A stretch of DNA of 64,000 nucleotides from Eledone cirrhosa (lineage: Eukaryota), in the NCBI GenBank assembly GCA_964016885.1, contig OZ024757.1, positions 30,008,001-30,072,000 on the forward strand, given 5' to 3'. Positions 42,418-57,162 of this stretch are shown here, one piece after another (the first letter of the stretch is position 1; the number at the start of each line of letters is the position of its first letter). Below the pieces are notes generated by a model. It was not told where the DNA came from and did not search any database. It worked only from the letters and a program-made list of their open reading frames with translations. The translations under genes were made by a program, and so were the position numbers.

Positions 42418-44339
42418 ACCTTCCAAACCCCCAACACTACTTCTGCATGTCACAGATCCCTTGAAAATAAGTTATGGCTGAATAGTAAAAAAAAATACAA
42501 GAAAATACTCTTCTTCGTATATCTTCGTATATGTTCCGTGTTTGAAAAGTGTGTGCGTGCGTGTAAAAAGTGTGTGTGTGTGTGAAAAGAAGAAGCTGCT
42601 CAATGAGGAAGAGGGTTGAAATATTATATTACAAATTTATGTTCATACACGGAACAAAAGCGCTACCTAAGGTTTCAAGGCCCAATATTGACCATGTCTC
42701 CATAAGCGCCCGAAGATAAGGTCACAATTTTGATCCCTCTTACATTCTGGAGATATGGCCATTCTGGAACAAACTACCTGCATCAGTTGTTAGCTGCCGA
42801 GACACTGCATCCTTTAAAACCTCCATGCTTTCTGAAATTCGCCAACACTACATCTGATATCCCCTCTCCATACACACGCACACATGTATATCATGACTCA
42901 TACACTGTTCATTCATTTTCCTGACATTTGTACATTATTCTATGTGCTACACATGTCTCGTACCTCTGATGAGTTGTCGTGCACATGAGCACTGTACTTA
43001 ATAATTTCATTATTTTGTTTTATTATTGGCATTTTAGACCTGCCAAGGATTTGCAAGCAACTCCACAGTGTGTAGTTTATTGGATAATGTTGCTGGTATG
43101 TTTGATAATTTTTTCTCTTCCTACTTGTTTCTTGTAGCCAGTGGGTATAACCGGACTCGAAGTTCCTCATCCTATTGTGACACAGATCTCCAGCCCTCCC
43201 ACTCCAAGGTCACTTACTGACCTGATCCTATTATGACACACAGATCTCCAGCCCTTCCACTCCAAGGCCACTTACTGAAATATCTCAGAAGGTATGTTGG
43301 TTGCAGAAAGATTACTCTTCGGCTTGTCCTACACCAACTTGTGGTAATACCCAGAAACATTAGTGTCTGCAGTTCTGTTTACATGCCAACACAAGAGCAA
43401 GAATGAGGGGCTCATTCTACTGACATGGCTTTAAAAGTGAGGCGTGTTTGCATAATTGCAAACTAATCAAATATTATTATTAATATTCGAAAAACTCAGA
43501 TTACATTTATACATATATACTTATACATATACACATATACTTATGCATATATACATATACATACATACATACATACATACATACATACATACATACATAC
43601 ATACATACATACATACATACGCTATTTATCTTTGTTTTGTTTGTTTTATTTTGTTTTGTATTGTATTTTTGTCATTAGACTTCTCTCTCACACACTCTCC
43701 AGTATCTCCGGGGAAATAAATACTCCTTTAAAATGTTTATTGTTCTCCTATTATTTCACTTTTAGTTGGAAACACAGTAACTATTCACATTCACATCTAA
43801 CTTTTTATGAAAACTAGTCGTCTGCAAGCATATTCTCCCATCATGTTGTTCGTGGAAGAATTGAAAAGGAAACGAACAAATGTTCCACCTGCATTGATAT
43901 TTGAATATGTGGTTTGTACTAAAGAATTCTGTGGTTCTTGTTATTGTGATTTGTTTTATGTTGTTGTGGTTTTATTGTTGTTTTATTTTGTTGTGGTTTT
44001 CTCTTCCTTTCTTCTTTTTTGGTTCCTTTTTTTGTTGTTTTTTCTTCTTATAAAAGAGACAAGTGTAGAACATCGTTGAAAGCTTCATAACAAGTGCCGT
44101 GAATCGCCTGTTCTTTCCATATTCAATTGTCATATATTATATTAGAATAATAGATAACGTATTTCATGTGAGCCTCCCCTCGCCAGCTTTCTTAGTCACA
44201 CGCACATTCACACATTCTATTACATAATCAATTATACAATTTGAACTAATATGCAACGATAGAACCTTAAAGAATGAAAAGAAAATGTTAGGAAATTTAT
44301 TTCTACAAATGTGACCAGTATTTGCATGTAGTTTATGCG

Positions 44340-45360
44340 TAACTATCATAAATACATATCTGGTTAGTAATTCAATATATTTTGTACTGCTAACTATTAT
44401 ATCTAACATATATGGTTAGTAATTCAATATATTTTGTTCTGTTAACTATTATATCTAACATATGTGGTTAATATTTCAATATATTCTGTACTACTAACTA
44501 TTATATCTAACATATGTTTAATATTTCAATATATTCTGTACTACTAACTATTATATCTAACATATGTGGTTAATATTTCAATATATTCTGTACTTCTAAC
44601 TATTACATCTAACATATGTGGTTAATATTTCATATATTTTGTACTATTAACTAACATATATGGTTAGTATTTCAATATATTTTGTACCGCTAACTATTAT
44701 ATCTAACATATGTGGTTAATATTTCAGTATATTTTGTACTGTTAACTAACATATGTGGTTAGTATTTCAATATATTTTGTACTGCTAACTATTATATCTA
44801 ACATATGTGATTAATATTTCAATATATTTTGTACTGTTAACTATTATATCTAACATATGTGGTTAGTATTTCAATATATTTTGTACTGCAAACTATTTTA
44901 TCTAACATATGGGGTTAGTATTTCAATATATTTTGTACTATTAACTATTATATCTAACATATGTGGTAAGTATTTCAATATATTTTGTACTGTTAACTAT
45001 TATATGTGGTTAGTATTGCAATAAATGTTGTACTGATAACTATTATAGGTGGTTAGTATTTCAATATATTTTGTTCTGTTAACTATTATATGTGGTTAGT
45101 ATTTCAATATATTTTGTTCTGTTAACTATTATATGTGGTTAGTATTTCAATATATTTTGTACTACTAACTATTATATCTAACATATGTGGTTAGTATTTC
45201 AATATATTTTGTACTGCTAACTATTATATCTAACATATGTGGTTAATATTTCAATATATTTTGTACTGCTAACTATTATATCTAACATATGTGATTAGTA
45301 TTTCAATATATTTTGTACTACTAACTATTATATCTAACATATGTGGTTAGTACTTCAATG
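44340..45360. repeat. 52-bp minisatellite, ~20 units
   Basis: Unit TATGTGGTTAGTATTTCAATATATTTTGTACTGCTAACTATTATATCTAACA, with some internally deleted units. Confidence 0.93.
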
Positions 45361-45385
45361 TATTTTCAAAAATACTTATAAGATT

Positions 45386-46181
45386 GCGAATTAGCAGAAT
45401 GGTTAGAACATCAGATAGAAGTCTCTGTGTAACTTGTTTCGGTTTTTTAATGCTCTGAGCTCTAATCTCACCGAGCTCAAGTTTACCTTTCGTCCTTCCG
45501 ATGTTGGACGATAAAAGAAAATAACAGTCAGTCACGTGGTTCGATATAATCTATTACCCTCACCCAGCAAAGAAATAATTATTGGTGCTGTGCCTAAATT
45601 AGAAATCATTATTTGACGTGGATTTGCAATAAAGGGCGGTGAATTGGCAGTACCGGTAGAGGGTCGGACGCCATGCTTTGCCGCATAGAGTTACGGCCCT
45701 TGTATTCTGAGTTCAAATCCCGCCGAGGTTAACTTTCCCTTTCATCTCTACGGGGGTCGATAAAATAAAGTACCAGTAATGCACTGGGATAATTGCTGGC
45801 CTTGTGTCAATAGTAGAAACAATTATTTGACGTGGATTGGCAGTATCGTTAGAGGTTCGGATGCCATGCTTTGCGGCATAGAGTTACGGCCTTTTACATT
45901 CTGAGTTCAAATCCCGCCGAGGTTAGCTTTGCCTTTCATCCTTACAAGGTCAATAAAATAAAGCACAAGTAATGCACTTGGGTCGATTTAATCGATTTTC
46001 CCGCCTCTCACAAAATTGTTGGCCTTGTGCCTATAGTAGAAATCCTTATTTGACGCCCTTGATTTTGCAAATAATTATACTATAATTGGTTCTACTTTTG
46101 GCACAAGGCGAGCAATTATCCCAGTGTATTACTGGTACTTTATTTTATCGACCCCGTAAGGATGAAAGGCAAAGTTAACCT
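45386..46181. mobile_element. Cluster of four SINE-A copies (45386-45610 +, 45634-45826 +, 45836-46048 +, 46084-46181 -)
   Basis: Repeated B-box/body/GGCCTTGTGCC..AGTAGAAAC tails; 17-nt direct repeat ATTATTTGACGTGGATT at 45608 and 45822. Confidence 0.85.
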
Positions 46182-46644
46182 GGGTATTACCCTTCATGAG
46201 TACAGTTCACTGTTCACCTGCCAACTGTCAGAGCTAGTGAAAATATATATTTTCTAAAATTATACTATAATATGTTATAGTTATATGAATATAATATTCT
46301 TAAGCAAAAACACTTCATTTCACATTGCTCCAGTATACTCAACTGAAAATGAGTACCAGCAATAGCTGGGGGTTTGACCCTGCGATGGACTGGTGTCCTG
46401 TCCAGGAGCGGGGCTGTACTCTCAGCCGCTTCACTCCATGAAACAGGGATAAGCACTGGCTCAACCCGCTGCTTGCATCGCCGCATGAGGGCATACATGA
46501 ATGTAATAAGATAAGCTAGAAACTATCCGTTAGATAAGCATTGTAACATCACACCCAACAAGCTCCTTTGATGTAAACTGTTTGTGAAGACATTTAGCTT
46601 GGGAGTTCAAATTATTGAACGTGAGTCATGTATGTATCACTATG

Positions 46645-46702
<58 letters not shown>

Positions 46703-46822
46703 TTTATATGTGTGTGAATGTCATATAGAAAGAGAGAAAGGATATATAAATATTTATATATATACATAAAGAGAGTGAGACTATATATATAGAGATAGAT
46801 AGATAAAGAGAGGGAGAATAGA

Positions 46823-46868
<46 letters not shown>

Positions 46869-46879
46869 ACACACACACA

Positions 46880-46978
46880 CAGGGTGTCCCCAAAAACTCT
46901 ATATATACTTCAACAGCATTCTGAAATATTGCCTGTAAAGATAATCGAAGTGTGCATACATTTTGGGGAGATACCCTG
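46880..46978. mobile_element. Tc1/mariner-like MITE
   Basis: TIR CAGGGTGTCCCCAAAA / TTTTGGGGAGATACCCTG, followed by TA. Confidence 0.65.
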
Positions 46979-47660
46979 TATGTATGTATATATATATATA
47001 TATATATAGAATGATTTATATTTATCTTCCTCAGGCCTCTCTCTCTCTCAATCTCTATCTCTCCCACTCTCTCACTTTCTTTCTTTCTCTTCTATATCCT
47101 TCTCTTGGTTTCACAGTTTGCTCACATAGCATCATACATCCGTTTTGGAATAGCTGCTGTTTATTAAACAGTGTTGATGGATACCACGACGGAATCCTTA
47201 TACACCCATGGTGTTTCATTTCTGGCACTGACTATCAAAAACTGAAGCCAAACAAATCAACCATTCTTGCTCTGGTGCATTAGTGGGAAGCATTCTGAGA
47301 AAAAGTTTCGCCATCCTCGTTGATGGCTGTATATTATCATTGGTGACTGAAATAGAAAGGTGATATTTCTATGGCATCTACCTTGCATTTGTTGTCGTTA
47401 AGATTATTGTTGTTGTTGTTGATGATACTGTTGTTGATGATGATGATGGCGTTGTTGTTGTTGTCGTTGTCATTGTTGGTGTTTTATGTCCTCAGTCTAA
47501 ATATTCTTATTTAAACAGTTTCTCTTTCTCTCTCGCTCATATATATAACTATATATATATACATAATATATATATATATATTTCATATATATAACTATAT
47601 ATATATATATATTATTTACATATTTAACTATATAACTATTTATAATATATATATATATAT

Positions 47661-47866
47661 CCAAAATTAAAATTAAGGGTTGTCATGTCTGAGAGACATG
47701 CGCCATATCCACCGTAGAATAAACTCAAAGATTAAATCCGAACATTACATATCAATCCGAGCATGACATAGTTGATATGTAATGCTCGCATCTAATCTTT
47801 GAGCTTATTCTACAGTGGATATGGCGCATGTCTCTCAGACATGACAACCCTTAATTTAAATTTTGG
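47661..47866. repeat. Foldback palindrome, ~95-bp arms, 16-nt spacer
   Basis: 47661-47755 is the near-perfect reverse complement of 47772-47866; flanked by TA runs. Confidence 0.9.
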
Positions 47867-48291
47867 ATATATATACGGCACCTTGATTGTTGAGCTAATT
47901 CAGTTGAATAGGCTCGGCTGCTATTTCTGGCTGTCGATGGCCCTATTCACGCCACTGGGATGACGTTGTTCAATGTGTGTATTTTTTAAAAATTGCAACA
48001 CGTGGTTCGAATCATTCACAGATTTGCATTTGCTTTGTAAACACAGATGGTTATTTTCTTCTCCTTTGGTGAACATCCAGGAATTTAATTGGTGTGATTT
48101 ACGGATTAATAGGTGAAATATATTTCTGACTTAAAGAAATATATACAAAGGAGGTTAATCATTTGAAGTTCTAGTCAAACTTTAATTAGTTACCTACCTA
48201 GCTATGTGTGACTGCATTCTTTACAAATTATTCCCTGTGATAGTTTCATGTATTTATTTCATATATATATATATGTCAATCTATTTCTAGT

Positions 48292-48343
<52 letters not shown>

Positions 48344-48487
48344 AAACTATATCTATATATAACTATTTGTTTTGCGAGTGTGTTCTATTATTATTTCTGG
48401 CAATATTATTATAACAATATGACCCTCCCCAAGTATAACAATATATATAACTATATATATATATATATATACAACTATATATATTTT

Positions 48488-48806
48488 AAGGCCCCACTCG
48501 GTCACGAATGACCATGGTTTTGCACCTTGAAAGTTTCCCTCCGCCTAGGCAAAGTTTGTTTTGTTGAAGACCAGTAGTCACCCGTGCATACCAGTCTCCC
48601 CTCTCCACGCCACCGATGTTGTCCAAGGGAAAGGCAATGACCGATACAACTTGGCACCAGTGACCTCGCAACTCATTTCTACAGCTGAGTAAACTGGAGC
48701 AATGTGAAATAAAGTGTCTTGCTCAAGGACACAACGCATCACCCGGTCCGAGAATCGAACTCACAACCTTTCAATTGCAAGCTCTAACCACTAAGCCATG
48801 CGCCTT
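48488..48806 (-). mobile_element. SINE family B, full length
   Basis: Minus strand AAGGCGCATGGCTTAGTGGTTAGAGC...GAGTTCGATTCTCGGACCGGG...CCTTGAGCAAGACACTT; flanked by TA runs. Confidence 0.85.
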
Positions 48807-48809
48807 TTA

Positions 48810-48866
<57 letters not shown>

Positions 48867-48889
48867 TACATACATACTTTAATTTCTTT

Positions 48890-48941
<52 letters not shown>

Positions 48942-49744
48942 GATATTGAAATTTATCTCGATATGGAACGACTTTGAAGAAAACTACATTCATCTTAAAA
49001 TTTCTTAGATGTGGTGGAAATATTTTTTCAAGATGTTTTCGAGATATTTCGAGAGACTTTTGAGATATTTTGAGGTAGTTGGAAATAACTAAACAATATT
49101 AGCTACTGAATTAGAAGAAAAAACTTAATTCTATTGAATACTGAGTGTTGACACATAGCTCAGCGGCTAGAGTGTTCGATTCATGATCATAAGGTTTGGT
49201 TCCCAGTGGTTTGTAGTGTCATTGAGACAGGCTCTTTATTTCACGTTGCTCCAAAACTGAGAGAAAAAAATGAGTTGTGCGTGTAATTCAAAGCAGCCAT
49301 CATTTTCATACACTGTATCATGCTGAATCTCCTTGAAGTGTCTGTGGAATGCTCTGCCACTTGCAAGTTGGTTTCATGGGCAGGCTGTTACTTTCTTTGA
49401 ATAGCTGAAACGTTCGTCGTCGTAACCGACGGAGGTCCAACACAGACTCACTATCTGAAATTAATAGGATCCTGCTGCTATTACGAAAAGCTCACATTTT
49501 GCTACGGTAGCTTCTGTTTGTCAAGTCGGTTATTGCTGGTGTTGTCATCATTGTAGATGTTGCTGTTGTTGTGTTTGTTGATACTATTGTTGTGGTTTGT
49601 CTTAATGTGGTTTGTTTTTTTTTGTTGTCTTTGCCCTTGTTGTTTTGGTTGCTGCTGTTATATATATGTGTATATATATATATGTGTGTGTGTGTGTATG
49701 TATGTGTCTATATATATGTATGTATATGTATGTGTCTATATGTG

Positions 49745-49816
<72 letters not shown>

Positions 49817-49867
49817 GAGGAAGCTCCAACCGTTAAGGTTGTCTTTTTTTCCGGGTATGTCAATATT

Positions 49868-49970
49868 TATTTATAAAACCAATCTGTATTTTATCTGATG
49901 AAAGCGCATCATAATTTGCCTTGGTTGCGCTTGAAATATATATAATAAAATAAATATGGTTTTATAAATA
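49868..49970 (+). ncRNA. Type I hammerhead ribozyme with extended stem I
   Basis: TATTTTAT(49887-94)/ATAAAATA(49945-52) plus distal TATTTATAAAACCA(49868-81)/TGGTTTTATAAATA(49957-70); CTGATGA 49895-901; stem II AAGCGCA/TGCGCTT; GAAA 49933-36; palindromic TATATA stem III; UH = TA 49943-44. Confidence 0.85.
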
Positions 49971-49998
49971 TAGTTTCCATTTATTAATATATTGTATG

Positions 49999-50057
<59 letters not shown>

Positions 50058-50105
50058 GTATGTATATATTATATATGTATATGTATGTATATATATGTGT
50101 ATATA

Positions 50106-50511
50106 GAGATGACCCCTTAGCCTTTGTCAAGGCAGAATTCTAGGAGAAGGAAAACTCTGATATAACACCTGCAACCCTGATGGTATCCAATGATGTTGAC
50201 TTGTTCTTCTTTTTGGTAAATATCATCTTGGTTAAGAGAGTGGGACTGGCTTTGTGCAGTGCCTTTGCTCACTATAAAAGCTTCACGGCACAGGCATTGC
50301 TTTGTATCTGGAGATCTCTCTGCACTTGTCGTCACATGGTACCAAAGGCAAAGCACTATGTGTCAATAATTGTCACAAGTGTAGTGTTTGTACCAGAGTT
50401 TTCAAGTCGCTGGCTGGACTAAAAAGTCACACTCGTTCAGCGCATCGGTAGGGGTTCTCCTACATTGATATAAAGTAGTGGCCGTACTCGAAAACGAGTT
50501 GGCAGCCACCA
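50106..50511 (+). mobile_element. 5'-truncated copy of the RTE-derived retroposon
   Basis: Matches 24841-25246; TA-rich microsatellite on both sides. Confidence 0.8.
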
Positions 50512-50535
50512 TATATATATATGTGTGTGTGTATG

Positions 50536-50568
<33 letters not shown>

Positions 50569-50648
50569 ATATATATATGTATGTATATATTATATATGTA
50601 TATGTATGTATATATATGTGTATATATATATATGTGTGAGTGTGTGTA

Positions 50649-50734
<86 letters not shown>

Positions 50735-51146
50735 CTGTTTTGTTTGTTGCTGATGATGGATTTTGTTGTCACTGATGTTGGTGCTATTGCTGTTGTTGTT
50801 GCTTCTATTGATGTTGTTGCTGTTGTTGACGTTTAGCCTCAGGTCAGACATGATCAAACACACACAACTCTGAAGATCACATCTTTTTATTTTAGTTTTT
50901 TTTTTATATGTTTCTCCCAATGCAGTGTATTTTTAGGAACATCTTTATCCAATTGTGTTTTTACAAAACGTCGCTACTGTCTTTAGCAGAATGTGGCGAC
51001 ACGTGTAGCGTCCTTTATCGGTTATTTTGGGAAGAAGGGTGATAAGGATGTTTGTATTTTTTCTTCTTAATCTATGGTGGAAGAAACAACTTTAATCAAC
51101 AATGCAATCCTACTCGTCACAATATCTCGAACATGTCACAGTAATC

Positions 51147-51214
<68 letters not shown>

Positions 51215-52644
51215 ATCGTCCACCATTAATGTGCCAGAAGACAACCTCTGTTTAGCTTTGCTAACTTGCTGATTCAACCACAATAAAAATAAATGCAGAC
51301 ATGACTTGCTGACGTTCGAGTACAAATTCTCTGCAATTTTCATGAAGCGAAGATGAAGAAAAAAAATAAATTCTTATTCTCCACTCTTCAGTTCTCTTCA
51401 CACAATTATTTACCATTTATTTTCACCATGGTTTTCTTCTGGTTTGAGAAATGGGGGAAGTCTGTTTTTTTTTGTTGTTTTGTTTTTGTCTTGTTTTTAT
51501 TTGTTTTGTTGGGGTTTTTGTTGTGTTTTTGTTTTGATTTTTGGTGGTTTTATTTTTTAGTATTTTGGGGGGTTTCAAAACTTCCCAAATAAAAACCAAA
51601 AATGCTGGGTTTTTTTGTTGTTTTGTCTTGTTTTTATTTGTTATGTTTGTTTGTTGGGGTTTTTTTGGTGGGGGGGTCAAAACTTCCCAAACAAAAACTA
51701 AAAATGTGAATGCGTGTTTTTATTTTTTTCCATTCCCTTGATTTTCTTTTTATTTCTTTCCAATAACATCTCATCTAACATACTTATTATTTATTCATTC
51801 GTTTCTTTTAACTTCAAACAACAAATCGAAAATAGTTGAATCTTCATTATCATTTATCTATTTATTTTCTTTCCTTTTATCATTATATTTTTTTAATTAT
51901 TTCATTTTATAAAAAGAAATAATGGCGGCGGGAAGATGGTGGAGGGTGGCCATTTTGTTCACGCCATGTTTTTGCCATATTTTTTTGCATTTGTTTTTGT
52001 TTTTATCGTTCTTATTCATTCTTCAAGTTGATGCTATTTAAGGTTTGTACCTACACCTATCCTCTTTATTTTCAATGAAAAGAATGTGAGTAAATCTTCA
52101 ATGGAATTCTACCATTTCAGTTAAAAATTCTATTTCAATACATACATACTATTTCAGTATGAACGGAGCAAACAAAAGAGAGACATAAGAGTGAGTGTGT
52201 GTATGTGTATGTGTGTGTGAGAGAGATAGAGTGTGTCTGAGTGTGTGTGTGAGAGTTAGTGCATGTGTGTGTTTCTTTTGTTTAATTTTGGGGGGTTCTT
52301 ATGTTTTTCTTCTTTTCTATTGTCTCTCTTATTTTTTAATAATAATAATTTTGCGAAATAAACATCTATATTTATTGTGATGTTATTCATAGTGATGATG
52401 ATGATGGTGGTGGTGGTGATGGTGCTGGTGGTGGTGATGGTGCTGGTGGTGGTGATGGTGGTGGCGGTGGTGGTTTTGTGATCCTCATAATTGATGTTGT
52501 TGATGTTTGGTGCCATCGTTATCGATTAAAAATATTTTTTAAAATTTGATTTTACAACAGATAATAGCTGGAATGTACACACAGGTACACATACGTTTAT
52601 ATATATATATATACATATATATATACATATATACATATATATAC

Positions 52645-52675
<31 letters not shown>

Positions 52676-53095
52676 CATATATATACATATATATACATAT
52701 ATATATACATATATATATATATACATATATATACATATATATATACATATATATATATATACATATATATATATACATATATATACATATATATATATAT
52801 ACATATATATATACATATATATATATATACATATATATATACATATATATATACATATATATATATACATATATATATACATATATATATATATACATAT
52901 ATATATACATATATATATACATATATATATATATATACATATATATATACATATATATATACATATATATATATATACATATATACATACATATATATAT
53001 ATATACATATATATATACATATATATATATATACATATATATATACATATATATATACATACATATATATATACATATATATATACATACATATG

Positions 53096-53195
<100 letters not shown>

Positions 53196-53222
53196 CATAT
53201 ATATATACATACATATATATAC

Positions 53223-53280
<58 letters not shown>

Positions 53281-54719
53281 TTATATATACATATATATAT
53301 ACATATATATATACATATATATATACATATATATATATATACATATATATATATACATATACATATATACATATACATATATACAAATATATATATACAT
53401 ATATATATATATACAAATATATATATACACAAATATATATATACATATATATATACATATATATATATATACATATATATACACACATATATATATATAT
53501 ACATATATATACATATATATACATATATATATATATATACATATATACATATATACATATATATATATACATTTATACATATATATACATATATACATAT
53601 ATATACATTTATACATCAGGGTCCCGCAAAAAAATACTACTGCTAACTCTAAGGGTACCGCCAAGAAACAAAAAGTCTTATACAAGCTACATGAAAGATC
53701 GTACGAAGTAAAAGTAAAGAACGGAAAATTAATACAGAAACACACACACACACACACACACATACACCCAAAAAAAAGGGAAAAAGAAGAAAGAAATACT
53801 GGATAAACGAGAAATTAAAGCAAAGATGCCACTAAGAAATATAGAAGGCACGGACAAAAGGGACAGCGGTCGGAGAAGGGGGCAAGTATCCGAAGTCTAA
53901 CACCTCTGCTATAAAAAGCGGAGTCAGCCAAATCTATCATAGAATAGGTGATGGGGTGGGGGTGCTGAAGCTACAAGGGACCGAGGGGCTACCTCGGGTG
54001 GGCGATAAAAAGACGACGACAAAGAAAAGGAACTGGGGTATAAGGACTAGGGAGGGATGGGGGGAAGGAGGAAATATAGAGGAAGCGATAAAAGAATGTA
54101 AAAGAAGATCTTACGTCTCCCTTGGCAAGCAGGGGTTACCCATTACAAATTATATCAGCTAGGTTGTCATGTATTTATGTGGTTATGTATACGTAATATG
54201 TTTATGTATACGTAAATAAGACCTTTATTGGTCCAATCAGTCTGCTTACCTTCAACAAATAGCCTAAACCTCTACCCATGAGTCCTACCAAAGAAACTGT
54301 ACTCAAATTCGTCAAATCATACGCGGACCACCAATTCTCCCAAATTCAGTTTACGCAGCCAGACCTTAATAACCACTTAATGGGGAAGACAGATGTTATC
54401 AAGCTACAGCTGTCATATTACATAGTTTCTATACAATAAAGTCAAAGCTAGTATCATCTGCAGCGACTCCGACCCAATTACGTAATAGGCCGTCCTTCAC
54501 CCTCTCCCGAATACCCTCGGCCTTAGATGCTCAAACTATCCAATAAGATAACGAGATGTCACGCATCGGTAAATCTAGTTCTATGTGTGTTCATATATGT
54601 AAGTATGTGCACACATACGTATTTGTATATGCACAGTTGCTTGTATTTGTACGCATGTGTACATGCACTTATACGTGCTTAAATTCTGAAACGTTTTACA
54701 AATTTTCACAATGACATTA

Positions 54720-54900
54720 ATTGTTTCTACTTTAGGCACAAGGCCAGCAATTATCCAGTGCATTACTGGTACTTTATTTTATCGACCCCGTAAGGATGAA
54801 AGGCAAAGTCAACCTCGGCAGGATTTGAACTCAGATCGTAAAGGGACGTAACTATGCTGGAAAGCATGGCGTCCGACCCTCTACCGATACTGCCAATCCA
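54720..54900 (-). mobile_element. SINE family A
   Basis: Almost identical to 9779-9958; direct repeat ACATTAAT at 54714 and 54900. Confidence 0.9.
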
Positions 54901-55085
54901 CATTAATGGTCTGTAGCTGTAATTTCCTAAAGTATTATATATGGAGGTATTATGAATCTATGCATGAAGAGATATATATATATACGTATGAACGTGTGTA
55001 TGCATTTATGTATTGATGTGTGCATACATGTACGTATGCATGCATATCTATACTTATGCTTACACTGATAAATGCATGTATGGGT

Positions 55086-55124
<39 letters not shown>

Positions 55125-55241
55125 TATATCCATGAAGGCTTAACAATTCGTCCTTGTGTTATTATTATATATATATATATGTCCATGAAGGCTTAACAAT
55201 TCATATTTGTATTATTATATATACGTATATATATATAAATA

Positions 55242-55277
<36 letters not shown>

Positions 55278-56434
55278 TGTATGTATGTATGTATGTATGT
55301 ATGTATGTATGTATGTATGTATGTATGTATGTATGTATGCACACTTGTATGTATGTATACACGTCTAACTACACGTATGTATGTGTGCGTACTGAGGCAG
55401 ATGCACATTAGTAGATTCAGAAAATAAATTTTCTTTGCATATTCATTGTATGCGCATATATCAATATATGCACCATCATATGTTTTTAATGCCCTCCGTC
55501 ATGTACAGATGTGTATATATTCCAATGTCCGCTTGTGTGTCATTTATTGCGAGGCTGTGCGTTTTGGCTTCCTTTTGAGCTGATACATATACATGATTTA
55601 AATAAAAAATGGAGAAACCATCACGGACCAGCTTTAAACCATACAATCATCTCCAGCATTTAAAATTATAGTCTATTTTGGCATTAAGTAAAAATAGATT
55701 TGCTGAAGGAAAGAATACAAAAGAAGAAAAATAGCACGTAAATATATTTTGAACAAAACAAAGTCTATATATGTATATATACCAAAGAAATAACAAATCT
55801 ACGCAAATATATTGGCTCCTTGGTGGTAAACAAGTATTTACATCACGAACAATGCTTCGAAAGAATCAAAGACAAGTGATATTCATATAAAACTATATTT
55901 GGACAAAGCAGACGATAAAATTACAAGTTTTGACTTTCAGATCTGAATGTTCAGCTAGCTAGTGTAATATTGAAGCATTTATTATTGTTTCCCCTCTTGT
56001 AACTGTATAAGTGGAGAAATTTATTTCTATAACATTTTTATGGATTGTTTTAAGCTTTTTTGTGTGGGGGGGGTTTTCATCTAGTCCCTGTTTTTATTTC
56101 TTTTTTTTTTTTTGGTGTTCAACTATTCCGTTAATTTATTTATTTTTTGCCTTTTATTTTTGTTATTGTATTTCCAAAAGTTTTATTGTTTTGGCGTGAC
56201 GCTCGCTTAGGAAAGCGACAAATAAAGATGGAGTGGATAGAACCAGCGGGAGAGGAAGAAACCAGAATCCATTAAATCCATTTAATGTTTATTCTTTCGT
56301 CTTAATCGCTTCTCTCTTAATGTGTTTCTAAACTAATTTCCATTATTGCTAAAAAAAAATAAAAAGATTCGTTTGCTATTGTTTTTTTATGAGAGCGAGA
56401 GGGGTCATAATTGGACGAGCAGAGAAAGAATGAG

Positions 56435-56528
<94 letters not shown>

Positions 56529-56774
56529 CGTGTGTCGGGGCTGTAGGTCAGCGTATGGACTGTTCATACACGGTTAACATGTCCTGTGGTGTATCCATGG
56601 CTAAAAACAATTAAAGGTCTATTTCCCCAAGTCGTCAGGTTTAGACAAGAACTGCGAGAAGGAAAAGCTGCTTATGCAGTAACCAGTGACAGAGCTTTAT
56701 ATCAGAATGACCGGTTTTTGTCATTATCTGACAATACCGGGTTCAAATCTTGGTAAAGGTATTATCTTAGAGGG

Positions 56775-57162
56775 TTACTCGCTGGGAAGAAAAACTTAAC
56801 AACCTCCCACCAGTAACAACAATGGAACTAAAGGCGAGCGAGCCACTACCCCCTGGAGTAGATACAAACTATGCAGTGTGGAAATGCCTCAACAGACTAA
56901 GATCTGGTGTTGGACGTGCAAAAGTCACTCTTGTAAAATGGAGATATTTAAAGGATGGGGATGTTGTGTGTGACTGCAGCATCGAATCACATACTATGCA
57001 GCACCTCCTGATATGCCCCCTGCTGGAACACCTCTGCACAGCATTAGACTTGTCAAAGTTTAATGAGAAAAGACAGCAATGTGTTCAGCTGTGGCGGAAC
57101 CACATCTAGCCAAGCTTTGTAACTGATACTCTTGTGAACACAAGTTAGTTAGTGTGTTAGTG
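56775..57162 (+). mobile_element. 3' end of a Vingi/Ingi-like LINE (ORF C-terminus 56822-57109 plus short 3' UTR)
   Basis: LPPG...WKCLNRLRSGVGRAK..L.KW...CDCS...HTMQHLLICP (CCHC-type knuckle), stop codon, short UTR ending in a GTTA repeat tail. Confidence 0.75.

Noticed and set aside
42940-43170. Possible decayed retroelement ORF on the minus strand
   Set aside because: No motif recognisable with confidence.
43171-43278. ~55-bp direct duplication
   Set aside because: Real, but an ordinary local tandem duplication with no further structure.
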